In this document: positions 1 to 12,266 of the stretch, in pieces
How the letters are laid out: each line of letters starts with the position of its first letter
Position numbering within the stretch: the first letter of the stretch is position 1
Source: Hypanus sabinus
Taxonomy: Eukaryota
Assembly (NCBI RefSeq): GCF_030144855.1
Contig: NC_082731.1
Location: 25,110,001 to 25,174,000 of the forward strand
Length of the DNA stretch: 64,000 nucleotides
Direction of reading: 5' to 3'
The notes under the pieces: model-generated
Databases searched by the model: none
Told to the model about the DNA's origin: nothing
The model's input: only the letters and a program-made list of their open reading frames with translations
Translations under genes and position numbers: made by a program

Positions 1-123
1 ATCCTGCCAAAGGACACTTATACGGTTCTCTCGATCCTGACAAGAAAATCAGCGTGTTAAAGATCTCAAAACTGAAAATAAGCGACTCGGCTTTGTACCA
101 ATGTGCCATCAGTCGGCGAACTG
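1..123 (+). CDS. TRDV: 3' part of supporting TCR-delta V exon (cassette A), truncated by window start
   Basis: Frame starting at nt 3 reads PAKGHLYGSLDPDKKISVLKISKLKISDSALYQCAISRRT (FR3 with DSALYxC motif). It ends at a CACAGTG heptamer and is about 82% identical (20 mismatches in 112 nt) to the V at 63593-63898. Confidence 0.93.
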
Positions 124-162
124 CACAGTGATACACAGGAGGAAGCGAGATGCACAAATACC
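124..162 (+). other. Recombination signal sequence, 23-bp spacer (proximal RSS of V-A)
   Basis: CACAGTG (124-130), 23-nt spacer, ACAAATACC (154-162, 8/9 consensus). Confidence 0.95.
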
Positions 163-178
163 CCAGTGTTCTGGCTTA

Positions 179-217
179 CACAGCGTTTCAAAAGACGAAA
201 AGAGTTGTACAAAAACG
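179..217 (+). other. Second, tandem 23-bp-spacer RSS downstream of V-A
   Basis: CACAGCG (179-185), 23-nt spacer, ACAAAAACG (209-217, 8/9). It lies 16 nt after the first nonamer, and the same arrangement occurs at 63954-63992. Confidence 0.88.
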
Positions 218-2049
218 TGCGAACGCCGAAAATGCAAAGAGACCAAGAAATCGAAACTAAACCCTGCGGTTCGAAACGTCTCAAACGTAAATCCTAACAT
301 TCTGTACTCAGCTGCACTCGATTCGATAGTTTACGCGCCTTCAGACAATGTGGAAACTCGCTGCTAATTACATGCCAACAGTTGTAGCGACCTTCGGTTC
401 CGGATAAGTCTTCTGTCAGTCGCTACCGGAACCAATATATTGTGGCGAACATTCGGGCTATGTTGACAGAACGGGAAAAATAATTAATATATATTTTAAT
501 TGCGACATGCAAAAAATTCAGACCAGGCGCGATGACACGAGGAACGATCTCATTCAGTAACGTACTGACAGAGGAGGGTCTATTACTGAAACCCGTTAAT
601 GTCAGGGTGCCCCCCTCCTTAACCAAATATTGTTGATTGTGAAAGACGAAATCAAATTTGAATCAATTCTGCAGACGTGAAATTTTGAACAGTACATATA
701 CAAACTGCTCCGGAAAGTAGCGACAGGTATGAAGACGGTTTGAATTTCTCAGAGCGATCAAGATTTCTGCGGTGATACGTGGACATTATGTTTTACTTTA
801 ATGAATTGAGGGTCTGTCTGAATTCTTATCCCACCTAAGGTGCAAAAGGCAGCGGAAAGTATACAGAAAGCAAAGCTCTCTCGTGTATACAGTCCTCTCA
901 GGTCTGCTGTTGGTTGATCACCACATGTGACGCTGTTTGCTTTGAAGCCGAAGGAAAGTGTACTGCCTTTTCAACTCACTGAAAGGAAACCACGACAGCC
1001 TGTCGCGGACAGACTGAGTGAACACGCAGAAATACAATGCTCTATTACTTAACTGACCTTTCTTCAATATGAGTTTGAGGAACTTACCGCATTTTTCCGC
1101 ACCTTAGTTTTCAGTATTGTAATGACCTCAAATTTATGTCAATTTCCTTGACTAAGTGAGGAACGTCTCTACACAGTTAACACCGGCCTGGTATCGGTAG
1201 ATCTGCGGTACTATTGTTAATCCTGCCGCTTCACTGTTTTCGAATAACAAAACTGACAGAGGGAAACTATCATAACTACAGGCTGTCATCCCCATCGTGT
1301 ATGCTCTGCCAACGCATTATCGTTGATTCCGCATCCCACTCAATTCCGTACACCTGCTTTCTCGTGATATCCTTTGAGTCCCCGACCGAACAGAAAAGGT
1401 GAGCTTCCTTAATAAATGAAGGCACCGATTCGGCTTCCACTGCAGTCTGTGGCATGAGGTTTGTTTTGAATTGTAGTCCTTCAGTGGCCGCTCCATACCT
1501 TTGTACTGAATTGTTGCCCCTCAAATTTGAGGCTGTGCCTTCTAGATCCGATTATTCCCACCACAGAGGAAACATCGCCCACATATGCACCCTATAGTCA
1601 TTTCAACATTCGTGAGTTTTCAATGACTTCCACCGCATTCTTCTAAATTCCAGGTGACTGTAGTTCCAAAGCTTCCAAACGCTCCTCATATGTTCATTGA
1701 TGAGCCTCCGCTGTGGTCTATCACAAGTCTTGGTTATTCAGCCACTGACGTCAGGCAGACAATATCTGAAGAATATTGATCATGACTGGGTTCTGCCGTA
1801 TACCATGATCACCTGAGCCAGATATGCTGATTATAATGGTCCTAGCAGATCGGTCAGAATGTAATGTACAGAACTCTAACTCTAAACCTGGATCAGACTT
1901 TTACCGAGAGTAATGCATGACCTCCTTCAGGAGATTGCATTTTCAAGCAAGATTGAGATAAATGATGCTTCCCACATGACTGTCAATGTGTAAAATTCAG
2001 GTTGAATTAAACTGCTACAGAATCCTGTAATGTGTTGGACACTCTCTTC

Positions 2050-3770
2050 TTTCTCTTGGCATTTTCGCCATTTGTCATATTTAATTGGTTTGTCTTATAT
2101 TAAGTATTTTGCTATATTTTGAGTTCATCATCTGTTCAGATACTGCCATAAGGCACCACTCTGTATCTGAGCTGAGACACCAAACGTTGAGCCCTTCGTT
2201 CCAGTCTTTCCTCTCGATAACTCATCTGCTTAGATCACCGTTAGTAATCTGTTTGGTTATATGTTTCTTCTGTCGTAATTATTTCTTTTTGAGTGCTGGT
2301 TAATGTCATATAAGGTTATTTGCGTTAATATTATCAGAAGTGCAAAATCTCGCCGCATGGAGTGTTGAACTTCGTTTTCGTTTCTGAGAATATAATCTTA
2401 CAACATTTATCACGCTGCTGTGCATGTTTTTTTAGATTTATTTTATTGCTCTGCGTACTTCTGCCCGAGGTAGTATTGGTCGAAATGCGTCGAGTACATG
2501 TAATGTTTTCGACAGGTTTTCTTTTTGGATTTATGTTTTTTCTTCGAAATTTCTGAATCGGTTGTGTACCAAAATATAATTGCAAAATAATACATTAATA
2601 GAGCTGTAGAAAAGTGTAAATTGTTTTTTTTTTTTGCATATTTGTTGCTGAGCTCCCTTTGACAGATATTCTTAAGATGTGATGTAAATTCTGTAGAAAC
2701 TGTTCCCCTTTTTGTGCCATGATCTACTTTAATTGTATGCTGATATCCCAGATGAGATACTTGTCAGTTTCATATTCATCCATCAGTTCTGTTGTATCCT
2801 GCTGTTCTATATTATATTCTGTAGAACTATTGCAAATTTAATTTTAATATTGTGCATTTATCTAGTCCAAAGTTCTCTAAAATGCTACAATATTTGAATA
2901 TATCGCTTTAGATATATGGATGACGGTGCTTATAAATTCACTCGTCCATGTTTTTAAGTTTTATCTAATTTCAGTATAATTGATTTATTTTCCTCTAATT
3001 TGATATCCTATTTTCGTTGATTTCAGTAACTTAGAGAGTGTGTTTAAATTGAGACAATAACCGTGTGAGTTTCCGGATTCCCCATAAAAATGCCTTGGAT
3101 ATTTTGATTACACGGGTTTTTCATTTAGCGTTGTTAATATTCATGACATGTAGAGTGCTAATTTGGATAGTCTTTCAAATGTTTCTAGTTTTCTTAAATA
3201 ATGTCGTAATGTACACTTGTTGAGAATATGACATTGATAATTTTACAAATATTGACCAGCTGTTTTGTTTTGGCATTTAGAGCACTCTATTGGCTCAGTG
3301 TTCGTCTATTCTGTTAGTGTGTTTTTGAATTTTAGCATAATTTTGTCTGTCAGCTCAGCTTCTTCATCGGTTTTCTGTGGAATCACTGCTTCTGTGTTTC
3401 AGCAATTACTGTCACGTTGTGCAGCAAATGTTGAAGTATTGTTTTTTTTTTCTTTTCCGGTGGTGTCGTCTTCTTTACTGTCTTCTACAGCATTGTTGCT
3501 GATTTAATGTTGCTCTCATTCCAGAAATTGGGATAATTCATGTTTATGTTTTTTCCACTTTGTAATAATTCCATGTTGATCGACAATTCGTTTTGCATAT
3601 TCTTACGTGAAGGAATATTTCGCTTATAAGCTATTGATGAAATTGATATTGTATGCTGTTATGTCTCTGTGAAGTTCCTTTACTCGATTATATATAGTAT
3701 GTGCCTTATAAATGAGTTCACTTCTAATCATTAGACTTGTAGAAGGTGATCAGCGGCATTGATCGTGTGG
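2050..3770 (+). mobile_element. Highly degenerate Penelope-like retroelement
   Basis: Broken RT motifs in Penelope order: 'CDVNSVETVP' (~2680-2710, cf. FDVxSLFTxVP), 'FRYMDD' (~2905-2925) and 'DNNRVSF' (~3055-3075, cf. ExNNxLxFLD). Many stops. Confidence 0.5.
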
Positions 3771-3789
3771 ATAGCCAGCGGCTTCTTTT

Positions 3790-4090
3790 TATTTTTTTTT
3801 TCCCAGGGGTGAAATGGCTGTCACAAGAGGGCACAGGTTTAACGTGCTTGGGAGTAAGTAATAAGGAGATGACAGGGGTAAGTTTTTTTTAGTCAGATAG
3901 CTGTGAGTGTATGGAATGGGCTGCCGGCAACTGTGGTGGAGACGGATGCTATAAGATATTGTAAGAGACTTTTGAATAGGTACATGGAGCTTAATAAAAT
4001 TGAGGGCTATTGCTAAGCCTAGTAATTTCAAAGGTAGGGGCATGTTCGGCACAACATTGTGGATTGAATAGCCTGCACTGTGCTGTAGCT
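3790..4090 (+). mobile_element. CR1-type LINE/SINE 3' fragment
   Basis: Sequence typical of elasmobranch CR1 3' ends (cccagggg...agagggcacaggtttaa...gtatggaatgggctgcc...gggcatgttcggcacaacattgtgg). Confidence 0.7.
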
Positions 4091-4439
4091 TTTCCGTGTT
4101 TATGTGATTGTATGTTAAATTAAATTTTCTGCACGTCTTTCTTTAATTAACTGCTTCAGTGTCCTAATTTGAAAGTGGGCTTCTCCCAAGGGAAACTTCT
4201 GCAGCGGTTGCAGGTACTTTGAACGGTCACTGCTTCTTGATAGGATTTTCGTGTACCTGTCCCTTTAATTAGTAGAGCAGCACCAGCGGTTCGCTTACTG
4301 GCGATCTCAGCGTTAGCCCAGCATCTCTAACAAGGAGAATATCCACTAATTTTGTTAAAGAACGCTTTCTGCATGAGCTTTACTGTAAAGCGTCACATAT
4401 TTGTCCTCGGTTCAGCAATGCCCAGAGGTATTAGAATAC

Positions 4440-6484
4440 CATATTTATCAAATAGTCTTGCCTTAGAAAGCGGCACGAGACAGAATTGTCCATGGTCACC
4501 ACTACTCTTCGCGTTATATCTGCAACCATTAGCTCAATACATCAGACAGAGTTAAGATATCAGGGGAATTACTATTAAAGGGACAGAGCATAAATTGGCT
4601 TGTTATGCAGATGACATCTTGATATATCTAGGTCAACCAAATTACTCTTTGCTTACGTTGATGCAATCCTCTGAAAAATATGGTCAATTTTCAGGATACA
4701 AGATCAACATAGATAAAATCCAATTACTTTCATATTACTATAGCCCAACAAGAGAAATTAAAGTTCGATACCCCTGGTAATCGCACACAAAGTCTTTCAA
4801 ATATGTGGGCATCATAATACCTAAAGATTTGGCAAAGTTATCAGAATGTAATTATCAGCCTTTATAATAAAACGAAATTAAGGAAAATGTGGCAAGATGG
4901 AACCTGATTCATTTTCTCAGTCTCAGCTCAAGGATTGAGTCTATAAAAATACCTGTACTGCTCAGACTATTATATCTCGTTGAGACCCTACTAATAGAGA
5001 TTATTCAAAATAAATTCAATGAATGGAACAAGATGCTTTAAAAGGTATATTTGGCAGGGTAAAAGGCCTAGAGTTCTTCTCAAAACTTTGCAATTAGAAA
5101 TGGAAAGGACGATGGAATGGGTCATACCTTCTCTTAGAGATTATTAGTTTGCAGCACAGTTGAGCGCTGTGATATGTTGGTGCAACCCATCATATGACGC
5201 TCAATGGAAAATCATTGAGGAGCGGGTGATTCGCATCCCCATACAAGCAATTTTGGCTGAGACAAACCTACAAAGGTACATAAATACTATTGATAACCCA
5301 TGGGTGAAATTGATGCTTAAAATATGGAAAACTACTGTAAAGGAATATAATCTAGATGAAGATATTGCAATTCATAAATGTTGTGCATATGACTCGGATT
5401 TTACACCAATTAATTTGGATGCTAGATGAATGGACTGGACAGCTAAAGGAATAACAGTTCTTTGCAACATAATGAAAGAAGGTTCAGTTTTGAAATGCTT
5501 AAAGAGAAACACATTAGAAAAACAAGATTTTTTTTGGTATTTCAGATGCGACAATATGTTAATAAGACGCTTAAAAATGTAAGCAAGGCAAATACATGCC
5601 CGATAGAGCTCTTTAGAAAAGCATATAAATCAGATCATGGTAGTAGAATCATTTCAAGCATCTATAAGGGTTTGTCAAATCATAAAACACAATCGACTTC
5701 ATACATTAAAACAAAATGGGGGAAAGAAGGAGGGAATATTACATCTGAAGAAGAATGGACAACAATATTGTGATATCAAGGGAAATGTACCAGTTCACAG
5801 AAATAGAGGGAGTTTGGATGGAAAAACTTGATGATATTTTATTACACCCTCTCAGAAATCCCATTATGATAACAACCTCCCTGTTTGCTGGAGAAATTGT
5901 GGAAATCAAAATGCAAACCATTATCATATTTTTTGGGACTGCCCTGTTATCAAAAACTATTGGAGGGGAATCCAGATTGCCCTGAAAGACATCTTTAAAT
6001 GTGAAATACCCTTAGAGACCATATATTTTGGATATGTATCTTAAGGATGGCTGAAAAGAGATAAATATTTAATGAATATACTGTTGGTGGCTGGTAAAAA
6101 AAAACTTTTACAAGGAAATGATCATCAAAGGACAGCCCGACTTTAAATACACGGACGGAATTTACAATGGACATTTACAAAATGCAAAAGATAACAGCGT
6201 CTGTTAATCATAAACTGGGACAATTTGTTTAATACTGGGTAAAATGGTTTCACTACAGACTGCCTTATAGGCCTGATTTTTTTTTTCCTCACAAATCAAT
6301 GAATCTGTTGCAAAAAAAAAAAAAGATCACTCCCTACTTGTACATAGTTCTTTCTTTTTGCTTGTGTTTTTTTTTTCTTTCCACTCTTTTCTCTAAGTGT
6401 ACACCGCAGATATATACTTTGAGGAGATTTGTGATATATATGATAACATGATATATATATATTGGATATATATATATGTACAAT
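4440..6484 (+). mobile_element. 5'-truncated L1/Tx1-clade LINE, ORF2 RT and C-terminus, with many stops and frameshifts
   Basis: [13 protein letters not shown] (cf. GTRQGCPLSPLLF), YADD, FSGYKINIDK and a C-terminal CWRNC..NAN.YHIFWDC-like motif. The 3' UTR resumes at 10754-~10820 after the Gypsy insertion. Confidence 0.85.
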
Positions 6485-6719
6485 TGCAGCGGTGTGCTGC
6501 ACGCAACGCTAAATCTACGACACGGAGTCGGTAACTACAGTCGAAGAAAAATCTTTATTCGAAATACCCAGCCTTGCTTTTAAGCCTCCCTCAACCTGCC
6601 CCCCGTGGAGCAGAGGCTCCAAAGCTCTGTGCTCGCAAACCCCCGTAGGCTATCTCCCTTAGCCGGAACGCTGCCTAATTGTTAGCCTTTTCGGATGTGC
6701 CAGGAAATGGGTCGCTACA
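6485..6719 (-). repeat. 3' LTR of Gypsy element
   Basis: 235 bp, about 21 substitutions and 1 indel versus 10518-10753. The polypurine tract GGGGGGGGGGAAGG (minus strand) lies adjacent at ~6724-6737. Confidence 0.95.
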
Positions 6720-7416
6720 TAACCTTCCCCCCCCCCAGAACCGGCGATACACCCCCCAGTGTCTACAGTCTGGGCTGGAACCTGTGTGGGAGGTCGACCT
6801 CTGCGCCGCGGTGGCGGAAACTCGACCGGTTGCGCCAGGTGCACAATGGCCGGTTTGGGTCGGTACACCGTGAAAACCTCCTCGCTCCCCCCAACGTCCA
6901 GCACGAACGTAGACCCGTTGTTCCGGAGCACGGTAAACGGCCCCTCGTAGGACCGTTGCAGCGGTGGCCGATGCCCGCCTCTTTGTACAAACACAAACTT
7001 ACAGTTCTGCAGGTCATTGGTTACGCAGGTCGGGTTCTGCCCATGCTGCGAAGTGGGTATGGGGGCCAGGTTACCGAGCTTCTCGCGTAGTCTGCCCAGG
7101 ACTGCTGCGGGTTCTTCCACTTGCCCCGTTGGGGCTGGTATTACTCCCCGGGGACGACCAGGGGCGCGCCGTGCACCAACTCGGCCGACGAGGCGTGCAG
7201 ATCGTCTTTGGGCGCCGTGCGGATGCCGAGTAGGACCCAGTGAAGCTCGTCCGCCCAGTTAGTTCCTCGCAGGCGGTACATGAGTGCCGACTTCAGGTGA
7301 CGGTGGAAACGCTCCACTAGCCCGTTCGACTGTGGGTGGTAGGCAGTGGTGTGGTGCAGCTGAGTACCCAGAAGCCTGGCCATGGCTGACCACAGGCTGG
7401 AGGTGAACTGGGCGCC

Positions 7417-9033
7417 TCAGTCGGAGGTAATCTGGGCCGGCACATCAAAGCGAGATAGCCAGGTGGTGATCAGAGCCCGGGTGCAAGAGTCGGAGGTGGT
7501 GTCGGTGAGCGGGATCGCCTCCGACCATCTTGTGAACCGGTCCACGATAGTCAGGAGGTCCCGCGCTCCGCGCGACACTGGCAGGGGGCCCACGATATCC
7601 AAATGAATGTGGTCGAAACACCGGTGGACGGGATGGAACTGCTGCGGTGGGGCTTTGGTGTGCCGCTGCACCTTGGGCGTCTGGCAGTGCATGTACGTTT
7701 TGGCCCATTCACTGAACTGCTTGCGGAGTCCGTGCCAAACGAACCTGCTGGAAACCATCCGGACAGTTGTCCGGATGGAGGGATGCGCCGTATTATGAAT
7801 GGAGTCGAAAACGCGTCGCCGCCAAGGTGCCGGGACGACGGGACGGGGTTGGCCGGTGGTGACGTCACAGAGTAGGATCCTCTCACCTGGGCCTATGGGG
7901 AGGTCCTGGAGCTGCAAACCGGAGACTGCGGTTCTGTAAATTGGAATATCCTCATCTCCCTGCTGTGCCTCTGCCAGTGCCTCAAAGTCTACCCCTTGGG
8001 AAAGGGCATGAATGGTAGGGCGAGAAAGCGCATCCGCCACGACATTTTCCTTACCCGAGACGTGCCGGACATCCGTCGTGTATTCAGAGATGTAGGACAG
8101 GTGGCGTTGCTGGCGGGACGACCATGGGTCGGATGCTTTCGTAAACGCAAAGTTAAGCGGTTTGTGGTCCGTGAACGCGGTGAAGGGCCGAATTTCTAGG
8201 CAGTACCTGAAATGCCGGATTGCCAGGTAGAGCGCCAACAGTTCCCGGTCGAAAGCACTGTACTTGAGCTCGTGTGGCCACAGGTGTTTGCTGGAAAACG
8301 CCAGGGGTTGCCAGCGACCTGCGATGTTCACTGGTTGCTCCAGTACCCCACCGACTGCCGTGCTAGATGCGTCCACTGTGAGGGCGGTATGGACGTCCAC
8401 TCTGGGGTGCACGAGCATCGCGGCGTTCGCCAAAGCATCCTTCGTTTGAAAGAAAGCGGCGGCGGACGCCTCATCCCAGGTAATGTCCTTGCCCGGACCG
8501 GACAGCAGGGCGAATAGGGGGCGCATGATCCAGGCAGCTGAAGGGAGGAAGCCGTGGTAGAAATTGACCATACCTACGAATTCCTGAAGGCCTTTGATCG
8601 TGGTGGGTCGTGGGAAGTGGCGGACCGCATCTACCTTAGCGGGCAGAGGGGTTTCCACGTCTTTAGTAATTCTGTGGCCCAGGAAGTCAATGGTGTCGAG
8701 CCCGAACTGGCATTTGGCGGGGTTGATTGTTAGACCGTACTCACTCAGTCGGGCGCAGAGTTGACGAAGGTGGGACAGATGCTCCTGACGACTGCTGCTG
8801 GCTATGAGGATGTCGTCCAAATAGATGAAAGCGAAGTCCAGGCCCTGGCCCACCACGTCCATTAACCGCTGGAACATCTGTGCGGCTTTCTTCAGGCCGA
8901 ACGGCATGCGGAGGAAATCGAAAAGGCCAAACGGAGTGATGAGAGCCGTTTTGTGGACGTCGTCCGGATGCATCGGGATTTGATGGTACCCTCGGACTAG
9001 GTCTACCTTGGAGAAGATCCGTGCTCCGTGCAA
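7417..9033 (-). CDS. pol: Gypsy pol segment: RT, RNase H and integrase N-terminus/core (538 codons)
   Basis: [69 protein letters not shown]...[15 protein letters not shown]. The integrase continues after frameshifts (7141-7383, 6659-7120). Confidence 0.92.
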   Translation of the reverse strand: MHGARIFSKVDLVRGYHQIPMHPDDVHKTALITPFGLFDFLRMPFGLKKAAQMFQRLMDVVGQGLDFAFIYLDDILIASSSRQEHLSHLRQLCARLSEYGLTINPAKCQFGLDTIDFLGHRITKDVETPLPAKVDAVRHFPRPTTIKGLQEFVGMVNFYHGFLPSAAWIMRPLFALLSGPGKDITWDEASAAAFFQTKDALANAAMLVHPRVDVHTALTVDASSTAVGGVLEQPVNIAGRWQPLAFSSKHLWPHELKYSAFDRELLALYLAIRHFRYCLEIRPFTAFTDHKPLNFAFTKASDPWSSRQQRHLSYISEYTTDVRHVSGKENVVADALSRPTIHALSQGVDFEALAEAQQGDEDIPIYRTAVSGLQLQDLPIGPGERILLCDVTTGQPRPVVPAPWRRRVFDSIHNTAHPSIRTTVRMVSSRFVWHGLRKQFSEWAKTYMHCQTPKVQRHTKAPPQQFHPVHRCFDHIHLDIVGPLPVSRGARDLLTIVDRFTRWSEAIPLTDTTSDSCTRALITTWLSRFDVPAQITSD

Positions 9034-10501
9034 AGTCCTGAATGTGCGGCACAGGGTAGCCGTCCGGTGTGGTAGCCTCGTTCAGCCTGCGTTAGTCGCC
9101 GCATGGTCTCCAGCCCCCTGTCGCTTTGGTCACCATGTGCAGGGGCTGTCAGACTGGCGTATGATTACCAATTCCTCCATCCTCTTGAACTCCTCCTTCG
9201 CCAGTCGGAGCTTGTCCGGAGGAAGCCGCCGAGCACGGGCGTGGAGGGGTGGTCCCTAGGTCGGGATGTGGTGCTGTACGCCATGTCGGGGCATGGCCGC
9301 TGTGAACTGCGGTGCCAGAACCGAAGGAAAATCTGCCAGGACCCTGGTGAAGTCATTGTCGGACAGCGTGATGGAGCCGAGGTGAGGGGCTGGCAACTGG
9401 GCTGCACCAAGGGAGAACGTCTGAAAGGTCTCGGCGTGGACCAGTCTCTTCCCGGGCAGGTCGACCAGTAGGCTGTGAGCCCGCAAAAAAATCCGCACCC
9501 AGAAGCGCTTGGGCTACGGTGGCCCGTGTGAAGTCCCACGTGAACTGGCTGGAGCCGAACTGTAGCTGCACCTGACGGGTGTCATAGGTCCCTACTGTGC
9601 TGCCGTTCGCGGTCCTAAGGGGGGGGGGGGGGACCCGGTGCCCTGCAGCTGGTGTCATAACTCGTCGGAGTTGAGACGCTGACCTCAGCACCAGTGTCAA
9701 CCAAAAAACGGCGTCCTGTCCGCCTGTCCCACAAATACAGGAGGCAATCCCGATGACCAGCCGCCGTAGCCTTCACGGGCGGCTGGCCCTGGCGTTTCCC
9801 GGGAACTTGCAGGGCGGGCGACAAGGGCGGGCTTCTGAGCACCACCGCTGTTGGTAGAAGCACCATTGTTCGTTGGGCCCTCCACCCCTGCCCCTGGGGT
9901 TGGCGGGCTCTGCGGCCGGGCCTGGACTGGTTTGCTGCCGGGAGCGTGGCTGGGAGATCTGTGCGATGGACGACCCGCTCACCTTTTTGGCGTTCTACTG
10001 CAAGTCCGCCCGGGCTGCCACCTTCCGGGGGTCACTGAAATCCGCGTCTCGACAGCAGCAGGCGTATGTCCTCAGGCAACTGCCCCAGGAATGCCTGCTC
10101 AAACATGAGGCAGGGTGTGTGTCCGTCGGCCAGAGACAACAACTCATTTATTAAAGCCGATGGAGGTCTGTCTCCCAAGCCATCCAGGTGCAGTAAAAGG
10201 GCAGCCAGCTCGCGCCGTGAGAGTCCGAAAGTCCTGAGGAGCAGGGCTTTGAATTCCCTGTACTTGCCGTCTGCCGGGGGCGACTGTACAAACTCCACGA
10301 CCTGGGCCGCTGCGTCCTGGTCGAGGGAGCTCACCACGTAGTAGTAGCGGGTGTCCTCTGAGGTGATCTGCAAACGTGGAATTGGGCTTCAGCTTGCTGA
10401 AACCATAGGTGATGTCGCTGTGTCCAGAAACCCGGCAGTTTCAACGAAACCGCATGAACAGAGGGGGCGTCGGTCATTTCTGGTCCAAAAAGTGTTTGGA
10501 C

Positions 10502-10515
10502 CGTCGGGGTCACCA
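10502..10515 (-). promoter_or_regulatory. Primer-binding site, tRNA-Trp
   Basis: Minus strand TGGTGACCCCGACG, 2 nt from the LTR, is complementary to the 3' end of vertebrate tRNA-Trp. Confidence 0.85.
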
Positions 10516-10517
10516 AT

Positions 10518-10753
10518 TGTAGCAGTGTGCTACACGCAGCGCTAAAATTACGACACGGAGTCTGTAACTGCATTCGAAGAAAAAACTTTATTCGAAATAC
10601 CCAGCCTTGCTTTTAAGCCTCCCTCAATCTGTCCCCCCGTGGCGCAGAGGCTCCAAAGCTCTGTGCTCGCAAACCCCCGTAGGCTATCTCCCTTTGCAGG
10701 AATGCTGGCTAATTGTGAGCCGGTTCGGATATGCCAGGAAATGGGTCGCCACA
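10518..10753 (-). repeat. 5' LTR of Gypsy element
   Basis: 236-bp direct repeat of 6485-6719. Confidence 0.95.
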
Positions 10754-11544
10754 CAATGTCTGAAATACATCTTATGGAAATGTTTGTTTAATGATAAACT
10801 TCATTATAAAATTAATTACAAAGGACGAATATCTAATTTAACTGCATTTTGAAATATCTGTACGAGGATTTTAAACTTTCTCTCTTTCAGTTTTTAACAA
10901 TTCTCCTCCTGCTCACTAATTATTTCCGTCTGTGTCAGAACCCTTTCCTCCCTCTCTCTCTGAACAAGTTGAAACCCTCATTATTCATATACTCATTCTC
11001 TGTTTCCTCTCGTTAATCGCCACGAATATCATTTGTTTCGGTTGATCAGCAGGTATCCTGGTAAGAGACAACAAGTTATTCCTCGTAGCAGCGTAGATGA
11101 CAGGATAATCGGAATGAGTTAAGAAACCGTTTCGGTGCTGGAGGTGCTGGAGTTGGCCGGAGTGAACAACAGATAAGATGTTTTTTTTTTCCATTTGCAA
11201 TTCTATCATATTAATGGGAATTAATTAACTTATAATATATGAGTATTTCGGAAAAGGAATGCCCACACTAATCGCTGCAGGGCTTTCAATGTACTCCACC
11301 CCAATTATTTTTGCTCACTAACATATTACTCCCCAATATACCGATGTAAAATGCACCTGAAAGAAGTAATGACGTGGTGCATCTGACCTCTATCTTTGAG
11401 TGGATGTGCTTTACCATTTTGGAGAATGCACGTTGCTCTGTCGCTTATTGACATTTTTTGTTAAATGAATGGACAGTTACTCACATAACAGTCTGTGTGT
11501 TTGTACACTGTGCTTTTGTTGCTGCTCACTTCCCACTTCCTAGG

Positions 11545-11677
11545 NNNNNNNNNNNNNNNNNNNNNNNNNNNNNNNNNNNNNNNNNNNNNNNNNNNNNNNN
11601 NNNNNNNNNNNNNNNNNNNNNNNNNNNNNNNNNNNNNNNNNNNNNNNNNNNNNNNNNNNNNNNNNNNNNNNNNNNNN
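11545..11677. other. Assembly gap (N run)
   Basis: 133 N. Confidence 1.
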
Positions 11678-12266
11678 TCTCTTTCTCTCTCTGTCTATCC
11701 ATCTGCACTCCACATTTCTCACTTTTCCTCTCCACGTTTCTTCTCTGTATTATTCAGCCGCGTCGGCGTGCATCTGAAAATTATTGCCACTTCAATTGCC
11801 CCACTTATCAACTTCCTTATTCAACTGCAGAATAAGTGCAACCGAGAAACCAGAAGACCCATCATACCAAACCCAGCTCATAATGTATTGTTCTCAGACC
11901 ATGTCCCTGGTTGAAAATTTGATTCGTGATTTTATTCGACTTACCTAACTTCATTAATGCTCTGTTTGCTCAGTCGGTGCAATTTTACAGACTGAAATAA
12001 ACATACACTTACGACCGGGTGAAGTGCATCTCTCACAGATTAATCAACAGCAAACGTTTCAGCAAGGTCTGGGGTCTTCATTCACACAAGACAATGTGGC
12101 GACACTCCCTGACATAGTCTAGATCAGTGTCATAATCAGGTTTATTTTCACTGGCATATATCGCGAAAAGTATAGTTATGTGGCAGGAGTACAATGAAAT
12201 ACATAAAAATAAAATTGGGAATTACAATAATAATTAAATATATACCTTCATTTTTCAAATTACAAA

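Larger units (their letters stand above)
6485..10753 (-). mobile_element. Full-length Ty3/Gypsy LTR retrotransposon (defective)
   Basis: LTRs at 6485-6719 and 10518-10753 (TG...CA) and a 4-bp TSD CAAT (6481-6484 / 10754-10757). PBS and PPT present. Gag (VSLKLPGFW..WFQQAEAQF), PR (FLVDTGAEVS), RT, RNase H and IN occur in canonical order. Confidence 0.96.

Noticed and set aside
1746-1753. Perfect CRE TGACGTCA downstream of V-A
   Set aside because: No leader or V follows, and I saw no equivalent in cassette B's flank.
6679-10373. Numerous overlapping plus-strand ORFs in the Gypsy element
   Set aside because: These are antisense or alternate-frame by-products of a GC-rich retroelement.
11490-11520. 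CACTGTG with a nearby T-rich tract as a possible J/D RSS
   Set aside because: No nonamer at valid spacing and no J motif downstream.
11458-11914. ORFs spanning N runs (also 39185-39548)
   Set aside because: Artefacts of assembly gaps.
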